Source of the DNA: a virus
Lineage: Duplodnaviria; Caudoviricetes
IMG/VR virus record: IMGVR_UViG_3300042366_000970
Location: 1-48,995 of that record
Length of the DNA: 48,995 nucleotides
Reading direction: 5' to 3' (one strand)
Below are positions 26,558-35,919 of this stretch, one piece after another. Below the pieces are notes generated by a model. It had not been told where the DNA came from. It worked only from the letters and a program-made list of their open reading frames with translations, and ran no database searches. Made by a program: the position numbers and the translations under genes. Position 1 is the first letter of the stretch; every line of letters begins with the position of its first letter.

Positions 26558-26793
26558 GAGATGACTCCTTGTAGGCCGCTGGTCTTCCACCCGCGCTCGC
26601 GAGCGGCGTCCATGATCGCGCGAGCGTAGGCTCGTTTCTGGTGCACGTCGTGGTTGAACGCCTGACGCACGCGCTCCAGTTCAGCCTGGGCATCCGGTTG
26701 GAGTCGTTCAAACCACGTCAGGAACCCGGGGCTGCGGTTCTTCGCCCGCGAGAGCACGTCATCCAGCAGGCTCGGTGCCTTCGCCTTCGCCAT
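26536..26793 (-). CDS. Hypothetical protein (85 aa)
   Basis: AAGGAG RBS; operon continuity. Confidence 0.65.
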   Translation of the reverse strand: MAKAKAPSLLDDVLSRAKNRSPGFLTWFERLQPDAQAELERVRQAFNHDVHQKRAYARAIMDAARERGWKTSGLQGVISWLEGRR

Positions 26794-26799
26794 GCGTCG

Positions 26800-27081
26800 T
26801 CACTCCTTTGGCGTCAACGTGTAGATCATCGCCAGCACACGCCGCTGCACGCGGGCCGCCTCGGTGACGGCTTCCTCGCTGATGTTCGGGCCGAGAGCCG
26901 CGTGGAGCAGCTCGTGCAGGATCGTCTCGACGCGCGACCAGCCGCGTTGTTTGTCGTCAATGAGGATGCGGGGGCGGGCGGAGTTGTCGAAGAACGTCCA
27001 CCCGGCGGCGTCACCTTTGAGCGGCACGAAGCGCAGAAGCCAGCGCTTGCCGTCAATCGTGATGTGGTGATCCTCCGGCAT
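26800..27081 (-). CDS. Small zincin-like metallopeptidase
   Basis: ETILHELLHA...EE. Confidence 0.75.
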   Translation of the reverse strand: MPEDHHITIDGKRWLLRFVPLKGDAAGWTFFDNSARPRILIDDKQRGWSRVETILHELLHAALGPNISEEAVTEAARVQRRVLAMIYTLTPKE

Positions 27082-27101
27082 CGGCGTCCCTTTCGCCGCT
27101 C

Positions 27102-27121
27102 ACCCTAGCCGGGGCGTCAAG
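27102..27121 (-). promoter_or_regulatory. Class II promoter CTTGAC-N8-TAGGGT
   Basis: Repeated motif upstream of 27081. Confidence 0.65.
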
Positions 27122-28697
27122 CGTCAGGAAACGGGGCCGTTGGCGGCGTGAAGTTGGCCGTGTAGCGGGCGACGCCCTTGGTCACGCGGAACTCGTCAAT
27201 GTAGCCGAACATAAACAAATCCGCGGAGCCGTCGACCAGACGAGCTCCGATGCAGGCATTCCCTGATCCGCTGTAGTTTGAACTATCTGCGACGGAAGCT
27301 CCCTGAACGCCGTTCACAAACAGCCGCGTAGTTCCTGAGGAGCGAGACACAGCGACGTGAGCCCACTCACCAGATGGGACGTTGCTGGTGGTGCTCGTGG
27401 CGGCATTGTTATTAAAAAAGAATTCCAGTTTGTTTGAGTTAGAAATCCTGAGGCTGAGTTGGGAAGTTTCGTTGTTTCCAGACACAAAAAGGCCGTGCCA
27501 TGTATTGCCCGACAACCGATAAACCCACATTTCCACCGTAAAGTCGCCCGTCCCAAAAGCGAATCCTGAGTGGCTCGGCGTGGAAATGTAGCCGCCCCCG
27601 TCGAGATACAAGCTCGCCCCGCCAAACCTGCTTTGTACGGTTCTAATCCTAGCGTTGCCGCTGGCCGTGAACGTCTTTGGAGTGCCGCTTGAGTCTGTGA
27701 ATGTGGTCGAATTGTCTGTTCCGTCTAAGTGCAGCAACAGCGACACGCTGGCGAATTGTGGGTCGGTAGCGGTCCACGACGAGAGCGCGGCTCGCCTCCA
27801 TGTGTTCGACGCCACGCAGACGTAGATGTTGCTTGCGTCGTAAGCCATCGCACCAGCGGTGCCAGTTGAGCCAGGGGCGTCAGGCACGCTCGCCCACGAC
27901 ATTCCGCCAGTGCCAGCATCGCCGCGAGGTATGACGAGGTTGAGCGTCTGGCTGGGGGCCGTCCCTGTGATGGTCGCGCTTGCCGACGAGCCCGCTGCGC
28001 CGGTGGTCACGGTGCCGATAGAAAGACTGTTGGCAGGCCCAGCCGCGCCGGTGGCCCCCGTCTCGCCAGTATTTCCGCGCGGGATCGTGAGGGAGAGCGT
28101 CTGGTTCGGAGCGGTGCCTGTGATGGTCGCGGCTGCGTTGCTTCCGGCCGCCCCGGTCGTCACCGTGCCGACGCTCAATGAGTTCGTAGGCCCGGCGGCC
28201 CCCGTGGCACCAGTTGCGCCAGCCGCACCGGCGGCCCCCGCGTCTCCTCGTGGAATCGTCAACGAAAGCGTTTGGTTCGGGGCGGTGCCCGTGATGGTCG
28301 CGGCTGCGTTGCTTCCGGCCGCCCCGGTCGTCACCGTGCCAACCGTCAGGCTATTCGCAGGCCCCGCCGGGCCGACGCTACCCGTCGCCCCCGTGCTGCC
28401 CGTGGCTCCCGTCTGGCCGGTATCGCCACGCGGGATGGTCAGCGAGAGCGTCTGATTGGGTGCCGTCCCGGTCAGCGTTGCGGAAGCGTTTGAGCCAGCC
28501 GCCCCAGTGGTGACAGTGCCAATGGCGAGCGTGCTCGCGGGGCCGGTGTCACCCTTCGGCCCGCGATCGCCGCCCATCTGTGTGACGCTCACCGTGGCCG
28601 TCGCGCCCGACACGGCCACGTCGGCCGCCGCAGTGCTGCCCGTAACGTCTACGGACACACCGCTGCCGCCCGTCACGCTTACGGTGATTTCGCTCAT
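27117..28697 (-). CDS. Tail fibre protein 1 with collagen-like repeats and C-terminal LamG/ConA domain
   Basis: 4x GTVTTGAAGS..LTIPRG units between Gly-X-Y triplets; DFTVEMW, WAHVAV, GYIDEFRV. Confidence 0.88.
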   Translation of the reverse strand: MSEITVSVTGGSGVSVDVTGSTAAADVAVSGATATVSVTQMGGDRGPKGDTGPASTLAIGTVTTGAAGSNASATLTGTAPNQTLSLTIPRGDTGQTGATGSTGATGSVGPAGPANSLTVGTVTTGAAGSNAAATITGTAPNQTLSLTIPRGDAGAAGAAGATGATGAAGPTNSLSVGTVTTGAAGSNAAATITGTAPNQTLSLTIPRGNTGETGATGAAGPANSLSIGTVTTGAAGSSASATITGTAPSQTLNLVIPRGDAGTGGMSWASVPDAPGSTGTAGAMAYDASNIYVCVASNTWRRAALSSWTATDPQFASVSLLLHLDGTDNSTTFTDSSGTPKTFTASGNARIRTVQSRFGGASLYLDGGGYISTPSHSGFAFGTGDFTVEMWVYRLSGNTWHGLFVSGNNETSQLSLRISNSNKLEFFFNNNAATSTTSNVPSGEWAHVAVSRSSGTTRLFVNGVQGASVADSSNYSGSGNACIGARLVDGSADLFMFGYIDEFRVTKGVARYTANFTPPTAPFPDA

Positions 28698-29068
28698 GGC
28701 GTGGTCGGCGTCACGGTGCCAGAGAGATAGGTGCGAGTCACGCCACCGGGCGAGACGCCGCGAAAGAACCAGCGGTAGGTCTTCGTCACGTCGAGCGCGA
28801 GCGTCTGCGTCTCGGTGAGCGAAATGATGTATTGGGCGTTCGCGGCACTCACGGTCTCAATCGCAAACGTGGCGGCGGTGGTGCCCTGGTTGAACGTGCC
28901 TGTCGCCGAGCCGATGCCAGCGGTGGCGGTGGCCTGCGTCGCCTCAAACACAATGGCGGTCCATGTGTAGCCGGTGCCGTCGAAAGACAGATCGACGTTC
29001 ATGTTGAACTCGTCGCCGCGAACGAAGGCGAGATCCAACTGGGCCGGGAGGACGCTGTATTGGCTCAT
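28694..29068 (-). CDS. Fibre adaptor / BppU-N-like protein
   Basis: Paralog of 5422-5739; ATGA-coupled to fibre 1. Confidence 0.7.
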   Translation of the reverse strand: MSQYSVLPAQLDLAFVRGDEFNMNVDLSFDGTGYTWTAIVFEATQATATAGIGSATGTFNQGTTAATFAIETVSAANAQYIISLTETQTLALDVTKTYRWFFRGVSPGGVTRTYLSGTVTPTTP

Positions 29069-29072
29069 AGTT

Positions 29073-29507
29073 TCAGCCTAACGGTGGTTGCGAGAGGCTT
29101 GCAGATGAGGCCCGGCGGGCGTTGGCGATAGCCCGCTTCACAAGCATCCGCCCGGCGGCGTCGAGGAACGGCAGGCCGCGAGCCTGCGCCTCCTCACGCA
29201 TGACGGCCACGACCTCCTCGATCCGCTCCGGCTTGCTGCACTCATCTGGCCCCCAGGCGTCCATCTCGGCGGCCTTGGCCCGGCAGGCGCAGGTCGGCGT
29301 CGGCTCGATGCCGAACCTTTTGAGGAGCTTGGAGAGTTCGGTGCCGGGGCCGGAGGGCGCTCCTGCGGCAACTGCGTAGCAAGTGGCGTGTATTTTTTTG
29401 TTCGCCGAATCGCTGACAACGACAATCCTGCCGCACGCGGCGCACGCCAGCGTATCAACGCCCTCTGCGCTTGAAACAATACGGAAATCGCAACGTGCTT
29501 CGTTCAT
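29073..29507 (-). CDS. Cys-containing tail-region protein
   Basis: CAACG and GPGTELSKLL...CAC...MDAWGPDEC. Confidence 0.7.
   Translation of the reverse strand: MNEARCDFRIVSSAEGVDTLACAACGRIVVVSDSANKKIHATCYAVAAGAPSGPGTELSKLLKRFGIEPTPTCACRAKAAEMDAWGPDECSKPERIEEVVAVMREEAQARGLPFLDAAGRMLVKRAIANARRASSASLSQPPLG
29075..29103 (-). promoter_or_regulatory. Class I promoter TGCAAG-N17-TAGGCT
   Basis: Repeated motif; ATG 6 nt downstream. Confidence 0.65.
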
Positions 29508-29508
29508 T

Positions 29509-30249
29509 TCAAGAAAAAGAAACAGTCACCGAGAGGCCAGTGTCGCCGAGAACAAACGTTGTAGGGGAAATCCTTGACAGAAACTGCTGGCACGTTTCGC
29601 AATCGCGCGAAAAAAGCTGAGAGGCAAAGTCGGCGGGCCTTCCTCTTGTGTAGCACCCCACAGCAGGGTCGCAGCCGCTTGGGCCACCGCACGCGTCGTC
29701 GTCGCCGAATCCTATAGCTGTCTGAAACGACGCAGAGTAACGCCGAGCACTAGTGTTGCCCGGCACGGGAGCTGCGGCAAATCCGACCACCGCGTAGACC
29801 CAGCCTCGCATAAAGCCTGACAGCGGGCTGTTGTATTCGCAGCCTTGGATTCGCTTGAAGCATCCGATAAAAGGCGCTGGTTGGCTGGCGGGATCAAAGA
29901 CATAAACGCCATTCAAGCACTGATTAGGGACGCCGTTTGCTTCAGCAAATCCGCTCCACTCAATAGTAACCTGACTTCCGCACGCGGTGCCTGGCACGCC
30001 AGGGCCGCAGAGGCCCGCGGCTGCACACGAAGAGCAGTCTCCCTTGTAGGTGCCGCCAGCAGCCGCGCACCCACACGCACTCTGCTCGACGCACGCCCCG
30101 CCTGGGAGACAACACGCTCCCGCAGCGGTACAGGTAGTGTTCGGCTGAAACGTCCCGCCGTTCTGCTGGCACTCGCACGAACCGACGCTCGTGCAGTTCG
30201 TGCCTTGGCAGCACACGCCGTTCGTGCCTTCGCAGCAACAGCAGGCCAT
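29509..30249 (-). CDS. Cys-rich tail-tip protein with GxCC repeats
   Basis: MACCCC; GVCC..C..C.C...GG.F / GACC..C..C.C...GG.Y. Confidence 0.7.
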   Translation of the reverse strand: MACCCCEGTNGVCCQGTNCTSVGSCECQQNGGTFQPNTTCTAAGACCLPGGACVEQSACGCAAAGGTYKGDCSSCAAAGLCGPGVPGTACGSQVTIEWSGFAEANGVPNQCLNGVYVFDPASQPAPFIGCFKRIQGCEYNSPLSGFMRGWVYAVVGFAAAPVPGNTSARRYSASFQTAIGFGDDDACGGPSGCDPAVGCYTRGRPADFASQLFSRDCETCQQFLSRISPTTFVLGDTGLSVTVSFS

Positions 30250-30251
30250 CG

Positions 30252-30710
30252 CTACACCCCGTAGGCAACAGAACTGACAGACGCCGTATACGCTGTGCTG
30301 AAAATCGACACAGAGCAATTCGCAGTATTGAGGCTGCCGTTGATGGCAAAGCCAGAAACGACGCTCACGGGGTTGACGGCGACCCGAACGTCAACCAAAT
30401 ACCACGCCGTGCCGTCCTTCGCGACCGCACACGCTCTGTTACCGGCAGCCGTGTTCGTGACCGGGAAGAACTGATTCATCGCCGCCAACGTGGCCGTCGA
30501 ACCTTGCAGCGTCACGGTCTTTATGCTGCCAATCGACCATGCCCCGGTGAACGTGGCCATGCGGAAGACCTTGCGATTCTGAGCCACCACCGGCATCTGC
30601 TCAAACACCAGCGGGCTCGCCGGGCGCGGGGCCGTCTCCACGGCTCGCACGACATTGGCGATCCGCTCGGCAGACTCAAACGTAAACTGGACCGGCCGGG
30701 GATCGCTCAC
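30252..30710 (-). CDS. Tail-tip hypothetical protein
   Basis: Position after TMP+1; GTGA coupling. Confidence 0.7.
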   Translation of the reverse strand: MSDPRPVQFTFESAERIANVVRAVETAPRPASPLVFEQMPVVAQNRKVFRMATFTGAWSIGSIKTVTLQGSTATLAAMNQFFPVTNTAAGNRACAVAKDGTAWYLVDVRVAVNPVSVVSGFAINGSLNTANCSVSIFSTAYTASVSSVAYGV

Positions 30711-31579
30711 GGCGTGCTTCCGAAGATGCTGGATAGATTCGCTTCTGGATTCACCGGGCGAATCAAAATCTCGGGGTAGCCGGTGGGCGAAGGCCCGCCG
30801 CTGCCGTCGAGCCCGATCGGGTTCGGGCTAGGCACCCATTCCGAGTTTTCAAAATCGAACACCATCGCCCGGCGCTTCTGCCCGCCCGCGATGAAGTTCC
30901 AGCCCACGTCGGGCAACTGGAGCGCCCAGCCGCTCTGGCGGTACATGAGTTCGGCCGTGGCCTTGTAGAACTTCACGACGCTGCCGCCCCACTCCTCCAT
31001 CTCGTATGACACGTTGACGCTCGCCACCTTGATCGTGCCCGGCGGGCCACCGAAATAAGAAGAACTGTTGACGTGATTCATCACGCCAAACCACGAATTT
31101 GGCCAGCCCCCAAAGTTTTTCGTCACCTTGATCGACACCATCGACTCGTCAGTCGTCAGGCCGGGGAAGTAGTCGAAGGCCGAGTTGGTGAGCGGATAGG
31201 GAACGCCGTTGTCGTAAAAGAACAGCGCAGGCACTTGGCCCTGGCGAGCCTCTGCCCCCCACACCGCCGGTCGGCTGGTCGGGTGCATAGCGTCCTCGTC
31301 GGTGATTGTGCCGTATTCAGCGATCACCTCAACGTGATAGGGCGAGCCCTCAAAGCCCTCGTTCATCGAGACTTTGCGGAGCCGAAAATCGGGGAACGTC
31401 GGATGCGACGTGCCCCAGGCCGCGCCGGACGTAGCAGCCAGGACGGTGCTTTCCGATGTGGGATTGCCCACCGTCGTGTCGTCGGAGAGCACGCACACCC
31501 ACCGCCGACGCGCAATCGGAAATCGCTTGATCTCCTGCTCAAACGTGCGGCCGAGTTCCTTGACGGAGACAATGCCCAT
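30707..31579 (-). CDS. Putative distal tail / hub protein
   Basis: Directly follows the TMP; function inferred from position only. Confidence 0.65.
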   Translation of the reverse strand: MGIVSVKELGRTFEQEIKRFPIARRRWVCVLSDDTTVGNPTSESTVLAATSGAAWGTSHPTFPDFRLRKVSMNEGFEGSPYHVEVIAEYGTITDEDAMHPTSRPAVWGAEARQGQVPALFFYDNGVPYPLTNSAFDYFPGLTTDESMVSIKVTKNFGGWPNSWFGVMNHVNSSSYFGGPPGTIKVASVNVSYEMEEWGGSVVKFYKATAELMYRQSGWALQLPDVGWNFIAGGQKRRAMVFDFENSEWVPSPNPIGLDGSGGPSPTGYPEILIRPVNPEANLSSIFGSTP

Positions 31580-31582
31580 GCG

Positions 31583-34500
31583 TCACCCCATGCGAGCCCC
31601 GCCGACGATGGCGACGGGGGAATTGAAGTAATTGGCCGCCGCCTGCGTGATGCCACGGGCGATTACGTTTAACTGCTTGGTCTGTAGGCGGGCCTCGATC
31701 AGCGCCGGGTCTTGTGCCTGCTCCGCGACGCTCTGCACCAACGCCTGCCCCTCGGCCGTGCGGAAGTCTGCGGTCTGCACTGCGGCGTTCGTTGGCCGCG
31801 AGAGCTCCTCGAATCGCCGCACACGCTCGGCTTGCTGCGATGCGAACTGCGCACTCTGGGCCAGAGCCGCATTGGCCCCGGCGTAGGCGTTTTGGATGCC
31901 CGACACAAAGAGGTCGTTTTGCCGCGTGATGAGTGATTGGAACTGCTGGGCGGGCGTGTTGCCCTGCTGGATCTGCCGCAACTGCTGCCGGTTGCTTTGC
32001 TCGCGGCCGTTGGCGATGCGCTGCTCGGCACGCTCGGCCTGTCGCAGTTGGTTCAGGCGGTTCACGCCAGCACGGGCGTCTGCGAGTTGGCCTGACTTCC
32101 GCGCGGCCTCAATGGCCTGCTGTTGAGTCTTGATCCGATCTTCGATCGCTTGCACGTTGAGCGCGGCCTGTTTCTTTCGCTCCTCAACCTGTTTGGTCGC
32201 GTCCAGTTCCGCCTTTTGGCGGTCGTTGAGTTGCGTCGCAAGGATTTGGTCTACACGCGCGTTCGCGTCAATCTTGGCCTGAAAGACCGCGCGAGCATTT
32301 TCGTCCTCGCGCCGCTTCAGTTCTTCCAGCCGGTCCGCGCTGTCCTCAAATAGCTGCTGCTGGCTGGCCACCTCACGCTGGTACGTCTCGGCCGTGAGGA
32401 TGCCGTCCCGGGCCTGCTCTTGTGCCCGTGCGACCCCGTCCTCCAACTGTTTTGCGGCGACGGCTCCGGCATTGCCAAACTGCTCAACCTTCGCGATGAG
32501 GTCGTCAACGGCCTTGTCGCTCTCTTGAAACGCTGGACCGAATCCTTCGCGGAATCCCTGCTCAATCGCCTGCTGCTGGTCTTCGGCTGCCGTGCGAAGA
32601 CCTTCGATGGATGCGAGCCTCGCGCGGGCGGCCGCCTCGTCTTCAGTGCGGCGCTCAATGATGGCCGTGTTGATCTCAACTTCGAGCCGGGCCTGCTCGG
32701 CGGCATAGTCGAGGATCTGCTGCTCAAGTGTCGATCGCTCCTGCGTTGCCTTGAGCAGTGCGTCCACGCGAGCCGATGCCGCGTCGGCAATCTGCGCGTT
32801 GCCGTTGGAAATCTCCCGCTGCTGCTCGGCAATCTTCTGGAGTTGCAGGATCCGCTCTTCGCCAGCCCTCGCCACGTCACCGAACGGATTGACGCCCGCG
32901 ATCTCCTGTCGCACCCGGGCTATTTCGCGTTCAACCCGCAGTACATTCTGCGCGGCTTCGGCCCGCTGGGCGTCGCCGTCGAAGTTCTGTTGAATCCTCT
33001 GCTGCTCAATGAGCGCATCGGACGCGTCGCGGTCAGCCTGCACTTTGCGGCTGACCTCTTCGGCTGTGCGCCGGGCGAGTTCGATTTGCTGGCGATAGCC
33101 TTCGTTGGCCCGATCAATCCCTCGCGCGAACGCCGCCTCGTCAATGATCTTGGAGGAGAACTGTTTGCGGAGGCTTTCGGCCGTCCGCTCGTACTCCGCA
33201 AACGCCCTCGCCCCGGCAACGCCGAACTTCTCAGACTCAAGCGAGGCACGAGAGAGTTGGTCGTTCACTCCCTTCATCGCTTGCTCGAAATCCTTGGCAA
33301 ACCCGCGATCAAGCGGCCTCTCAGCTTCACGCCGCACCTTGCCGACGGCTTCCGTCGTTTTCTCTGCGGTGCCGAACACGAAGTCAATGCCGTTGTTGAT
33401 TTGCTCAAACGCAAACCCGACGATCTTCATGCCGTCGGCAAAGCCGTCGATGAAAGGCTGGGCCACGCGGAGGAGGCCGCCGAAGACCCTGGAGGCCGTG
33501 CCGAAGAACTCAGCCAGCGCGCTTGTTCCGCTAGCCACCGCGTCGATGAACGGCTTGAGGGTTGTCAGCGACAGACCGGCGAGCGAGGTCTGCAAGTCAT
33601 CAAACGCCGAGCCGAGCGTTGCGATCAAGTCGAAGTCGGCGCTACTAAGCGTCGCGCCGAATCGAGCGATCGCATCCTCCGCCTCGGTGAACGCACTAAA
33701 CCCACGCCGCAGCGTCTCGCCGCTCTTGCCCAGCAAATCGACTTGCAGGGCCGACCGGCGAGCCGGGTCTTCGATCTTCGCCAGGGCTTCGGCCGTCTGC
33801 TCTGCGAGCTGCACCGGAGTGCTGTTGGCGAGCGCTTCCTGCGAAATGCCCAACTCGCGGAACGCCGCAGCGGCCTCGCCGGAGCCCGACCGGGCCTTGT
33901 CAATCGTGACGGCGAACTTCTGGACGCCGCTCGCCAGGGCATCGACAGACGTGCCGGTGCGCCGGGCGGCTTCGTCCAACACCTGAATCGTCTCGAAATC
34001 CGTCCCGGCCTGCTGGGCGGCAAACCCGAGCGACTCAACACGGCCTTCAAGATCACGCAGCCCGGCAATGATCGACGCCGCAGCGGCACCAAAACCCGCG
34101 ATGGCGGCCACACCCAAGCCGACGGGCGTGGCGAGGGCTCCGAACGAACTGCCCAGCGTCTCCACCGAACGATTGAGGCCACCGGCCGCGAGCTTCTCAA
34201 ATCCCTGCACGGCACCCGAGAGAGCCGACACACGCCCCGCGACGGCTCCCATGTTCCCGGGGAGTAGCGACAAGATGCCGCTCAGTTCAGAGAGTTGCAG
34301 ATTGGCCTGACGGCTGGTGGTAGCGAGCGACGCCTGCGAGGCACTGGCGGTCGCGTTGGCTTCAGACAACTGCGTGAGCGACGCAGCGGCCCGTTCAATG
34401 TCGAGCGTGCCCTCGCGGGCGTTCTCCGCCAGCGTCCGAATAAACCGGGCGGCGTCCTCGGACGAAGACAGGTCCACGCCCGCGAGCGAGGCTAGGGCTC

Positions 34501-34915
34501 TCTCAAACGTCGGGGCGTCGATAGCACCGGCCCGCAACTCCTCGACTAACTTAGTGATCTTGCCAGCGGCGTCCTGCTGCTCCGTGGCGTACTGGGCAGT
34601 CGTGCGGATGCCACGCTCAAAGACATCGGCGGCCTGCTCCGCCTCCTCTTTCAGTTGGGCGAATGCCGCCGCGAACTCCTGCGGACCGACGATGTCGTCC
34701 TGCAACTGCTTGGCGAGGTTGCCAAAGCGTTCCGCAAACTGCTCCTGCGCCCGGGCCGCGGCCGCCGATGCCGCCGTGAACGGGGCGAAGACAGCCGTGG
34801 CTCGCTCGGCCTGAGCGCCGATCCGCTGCAGCGCCTTGTCAACGGGATCAAGCGACTTCGCGAGCGATGAGGCATCGCCCGTCACCTTCAACGCGAGTCC
34901 GAGAATCGTTGACAC
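31583..34915 (-). CDS. Tape measure protein
   Basis: 1110 aa, Ala/Gln/Glu-rich helical, after the chaperone pair. Confidence 0.92.
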   Translation of the reverse strand: MSTILGLALKVTGDASSLAKSLDPVDKALQRIGAQAERATAVFAPFTAASAAAARAQEQFAERFGNLAKQLQDDIVGPQEFAAAFAQLKEEAEQAADVFERGIRTTAQYATEQQDAAGKITKLVEELRAGAIDAPTFERALASLAGVDLSSSEDAARFIRTLAENAREGTLDIERAAASLTQLSEANATASASQASLATTSRQANLQLSELSGILSLLPGNMGAVAGRVSALSGAVQGFEKLAAGGLNRSVETLGSSFGALATPVGLGVAAIAGFGAAAASIIAGLRDLEGRVESLGFAAQQAGTDFETIQVLDEAARRTGTSVDALASGVQKFAVTIDKARSGSGEAAAAFRELGISQEALANSTPVQLAEQTAEALAKIEDPARRSALQVDLLGKSGETLRRGFSAFTEAEDAIARFGATLSSADFDLIATLGSAFDDLQTSLAGLSLTTLKPFIDAVASGTSALAEFFGTASRVFGGLLRVAQPFIDGFADGMKIVGFAFEQINNGIDFVFGTAEKTTEAVGKVRREAERPLDRGFAKDFEQAMKGVNDQLSRASLESEKFGVAGARAFAEYERTAESLRKQFSSKIIDEAAFARGIDRANEGYRQQIELARRTAEEVSRKVQADRDASDALIEQQRIQQNFDGDAQRAEAAQNVLRVEREIARVRQEIAGVNPFGDVARAGEERILQLQKIAEQQREISNGNAQIADAASARVDALLKATQERSTLEQQILDYAAEQARLEVEINTAIIERRTEDEAAARARLASIEGLRTAAEDQQQAIEQGFREGFGPAFQESDKAVDDLIAKVEQFGNAGAVAAKQLEDGVARAQEQARDGILTAETYQREVASQQQLFEDSADRLEELKRREDENARAVFQAKIDANARVDQILATQLNDRQKAELDATKQVEERKKQAALNVQAIEDRIKTQQQAIEAARKSGQLADARAGVNRLNQLRQAERAEQRIANGREQSNRQQLRQIQQGNTPAQQFQSLITRQNDLFVSGIQNAYAGANAALAQSAQFASQQAERVRRFEELSRPTNAAVQTADFRTAEGQALVQSVAEQAQDPALIEARLQTKQLNVIARGITQAAANYFNSPVAIVGGARMG

Positions 34916-35235
34916 TACTCAACCCCAAGCGCTTTTTTGAGATCCAAAATCACGTCGCGAGCCTGGGCCGGATGCTGCGGCGGCTTTTCGATGGGGTTGA
35001 AGTCCGATGCCGACGGAGCCTTGCCTTTCGCGCAGTGCGGTGCGAGCACCGCCGACACGACAAGGCCCGTCTCCGCCCAGGAATCGGGGATCGCCTCAAA
35101 GAACCGCGTGTAAGCCTTCCACTCCGTAAACTCGCGACTCGACATCCGAGTCATCAATTCCGATACCGTCATCTTCAGGTGCCCGGCGAGCGCGAATGCG
35201 AACCTCCGCGTCTCGGACACGTTCAGTCTTTTCCC
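34915..35235 (-). CDS. Tail assembly chaperone GT extension (-1 frame)
   Basis: LAGHLKMTVSELMTRMSSREFTEW, typical T-segment motif. Confidence 0.8.
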   Translation of the reverse strand, partial: GKRLNVSETRRFAFALAGHLKMTVSELMTRMSSREFTEWKAYTRFFEAIPDSWAETGLVVSAVLAPHCAKGKAPSASDFNPIEKPPQHPAQARDVILDLKKALGVE

Positions 35236-35567
35236 AACTCCTCCACGTCGCCCTCCGACATCGCGTTGTGCTTCATCGCACGGTCGAAGAGCCTCGTCAT
35301 CACGGCGGCACTCTTCTTCCCGAGCTTCTCGATCTGCTCTCGCGTGAAGAGAAGGTCGCCCTTTTCGTTGCACAACACCCGCTGGAGATACTCCGTGCGG
35401 AAGTTTTCGATTCCGGTGTCGCGCTTGCCGATCCACATCCGCTCATAGGCGTCACGCTCGGCAACCGTCATCACGCGGACATATACCGACCCGCCCCACT
35501 CCTTGACCCTTACTTCGAGGAGGGAGGCGTCATCCGCTGCCAAGATCTGCTCTGCCGTCAGGGCCAT
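35223..35567 (-). CDS. Tail assembly chaperone G
   Basis: VKEWGGSVYVR...LCNEKG...LFT; ends at the slippery site. Confidence 0.85.
   Translation of the reverse strand: MALTAEQILAADDASLLEVRVKEWGGSVYVRVMTVAERDAYERMWIGKRDTGIENFRTEYLQRVLCNEKGDLLFTREQIEKLGKKSAAVMTRLFDRAMKHNAMSEGDVEELGKD
35229..35235 (-). other. -1 programmed frameshift slippery site G GGA AAA
   Basis: TTG GGA AAA GAC TGA; the -1 frame reads GK-RLN into the downstream ORF. Confidence 0.85.
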
Positions 35568-35578
35568 GTGTGCGTTCC

Positions 35579-35899
35579 TCATTCTGGCGTGATTTTGAAC
35601 GTCATTGCATACCGCGCAACGTCGTTGATCTTGCCGGAGAGCTGCACACGCTCGCAGACGGCCTTGGTCGAGAAGGTCAGCCCACCACCAGAGATAGAGA
35701 GCGTGGCTTTCCTGCCGTACTGGGCCAGCGAGACGTTGGCATTACTCAGGCAAGAAATATCTATAGTGCCCGCGTCAAGCGTCCACGTGCTGCCACGCGC
35801 GAGCGGCAGGCCGCCGCCCGCGTTGACCTTGATCTCGACCACCTCGCCGAAGGACGCACCGCCCCACGAGGCCGTAACGCCCGCGCACTGTGTTGCCAT
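35579..35899 (-). CDS. Short tail-tube-like protein 2
   Basis: Beta-rich, DAGTI motif; position before the chaperone. Confidence 0.55.
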   Translation of the reverse strand: MATQCAGVTASWGGASFGEVVEIKVNAGGGLPLARGSTWTLDAGTIDISCLSNANVSLAQYGRKATLSISGGGLTFSTKAVCERVQLSGKINDVARYAMTFKITPE

Positions 35900-35919
35900 G
35901 ACGGGCCTCCGTCAGACGA

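Noticed and set aside
27117-28697. Diversity-generating retroelement acting on the fibre
   Set aside because: No reverse transcriptase and no adenine-specific template/variable repeat pair seen
32420-34267. 615-aa + strand ORF
   Set aside because: Antisense shadow of the tape measure gene in high-GC DNA; no motifs
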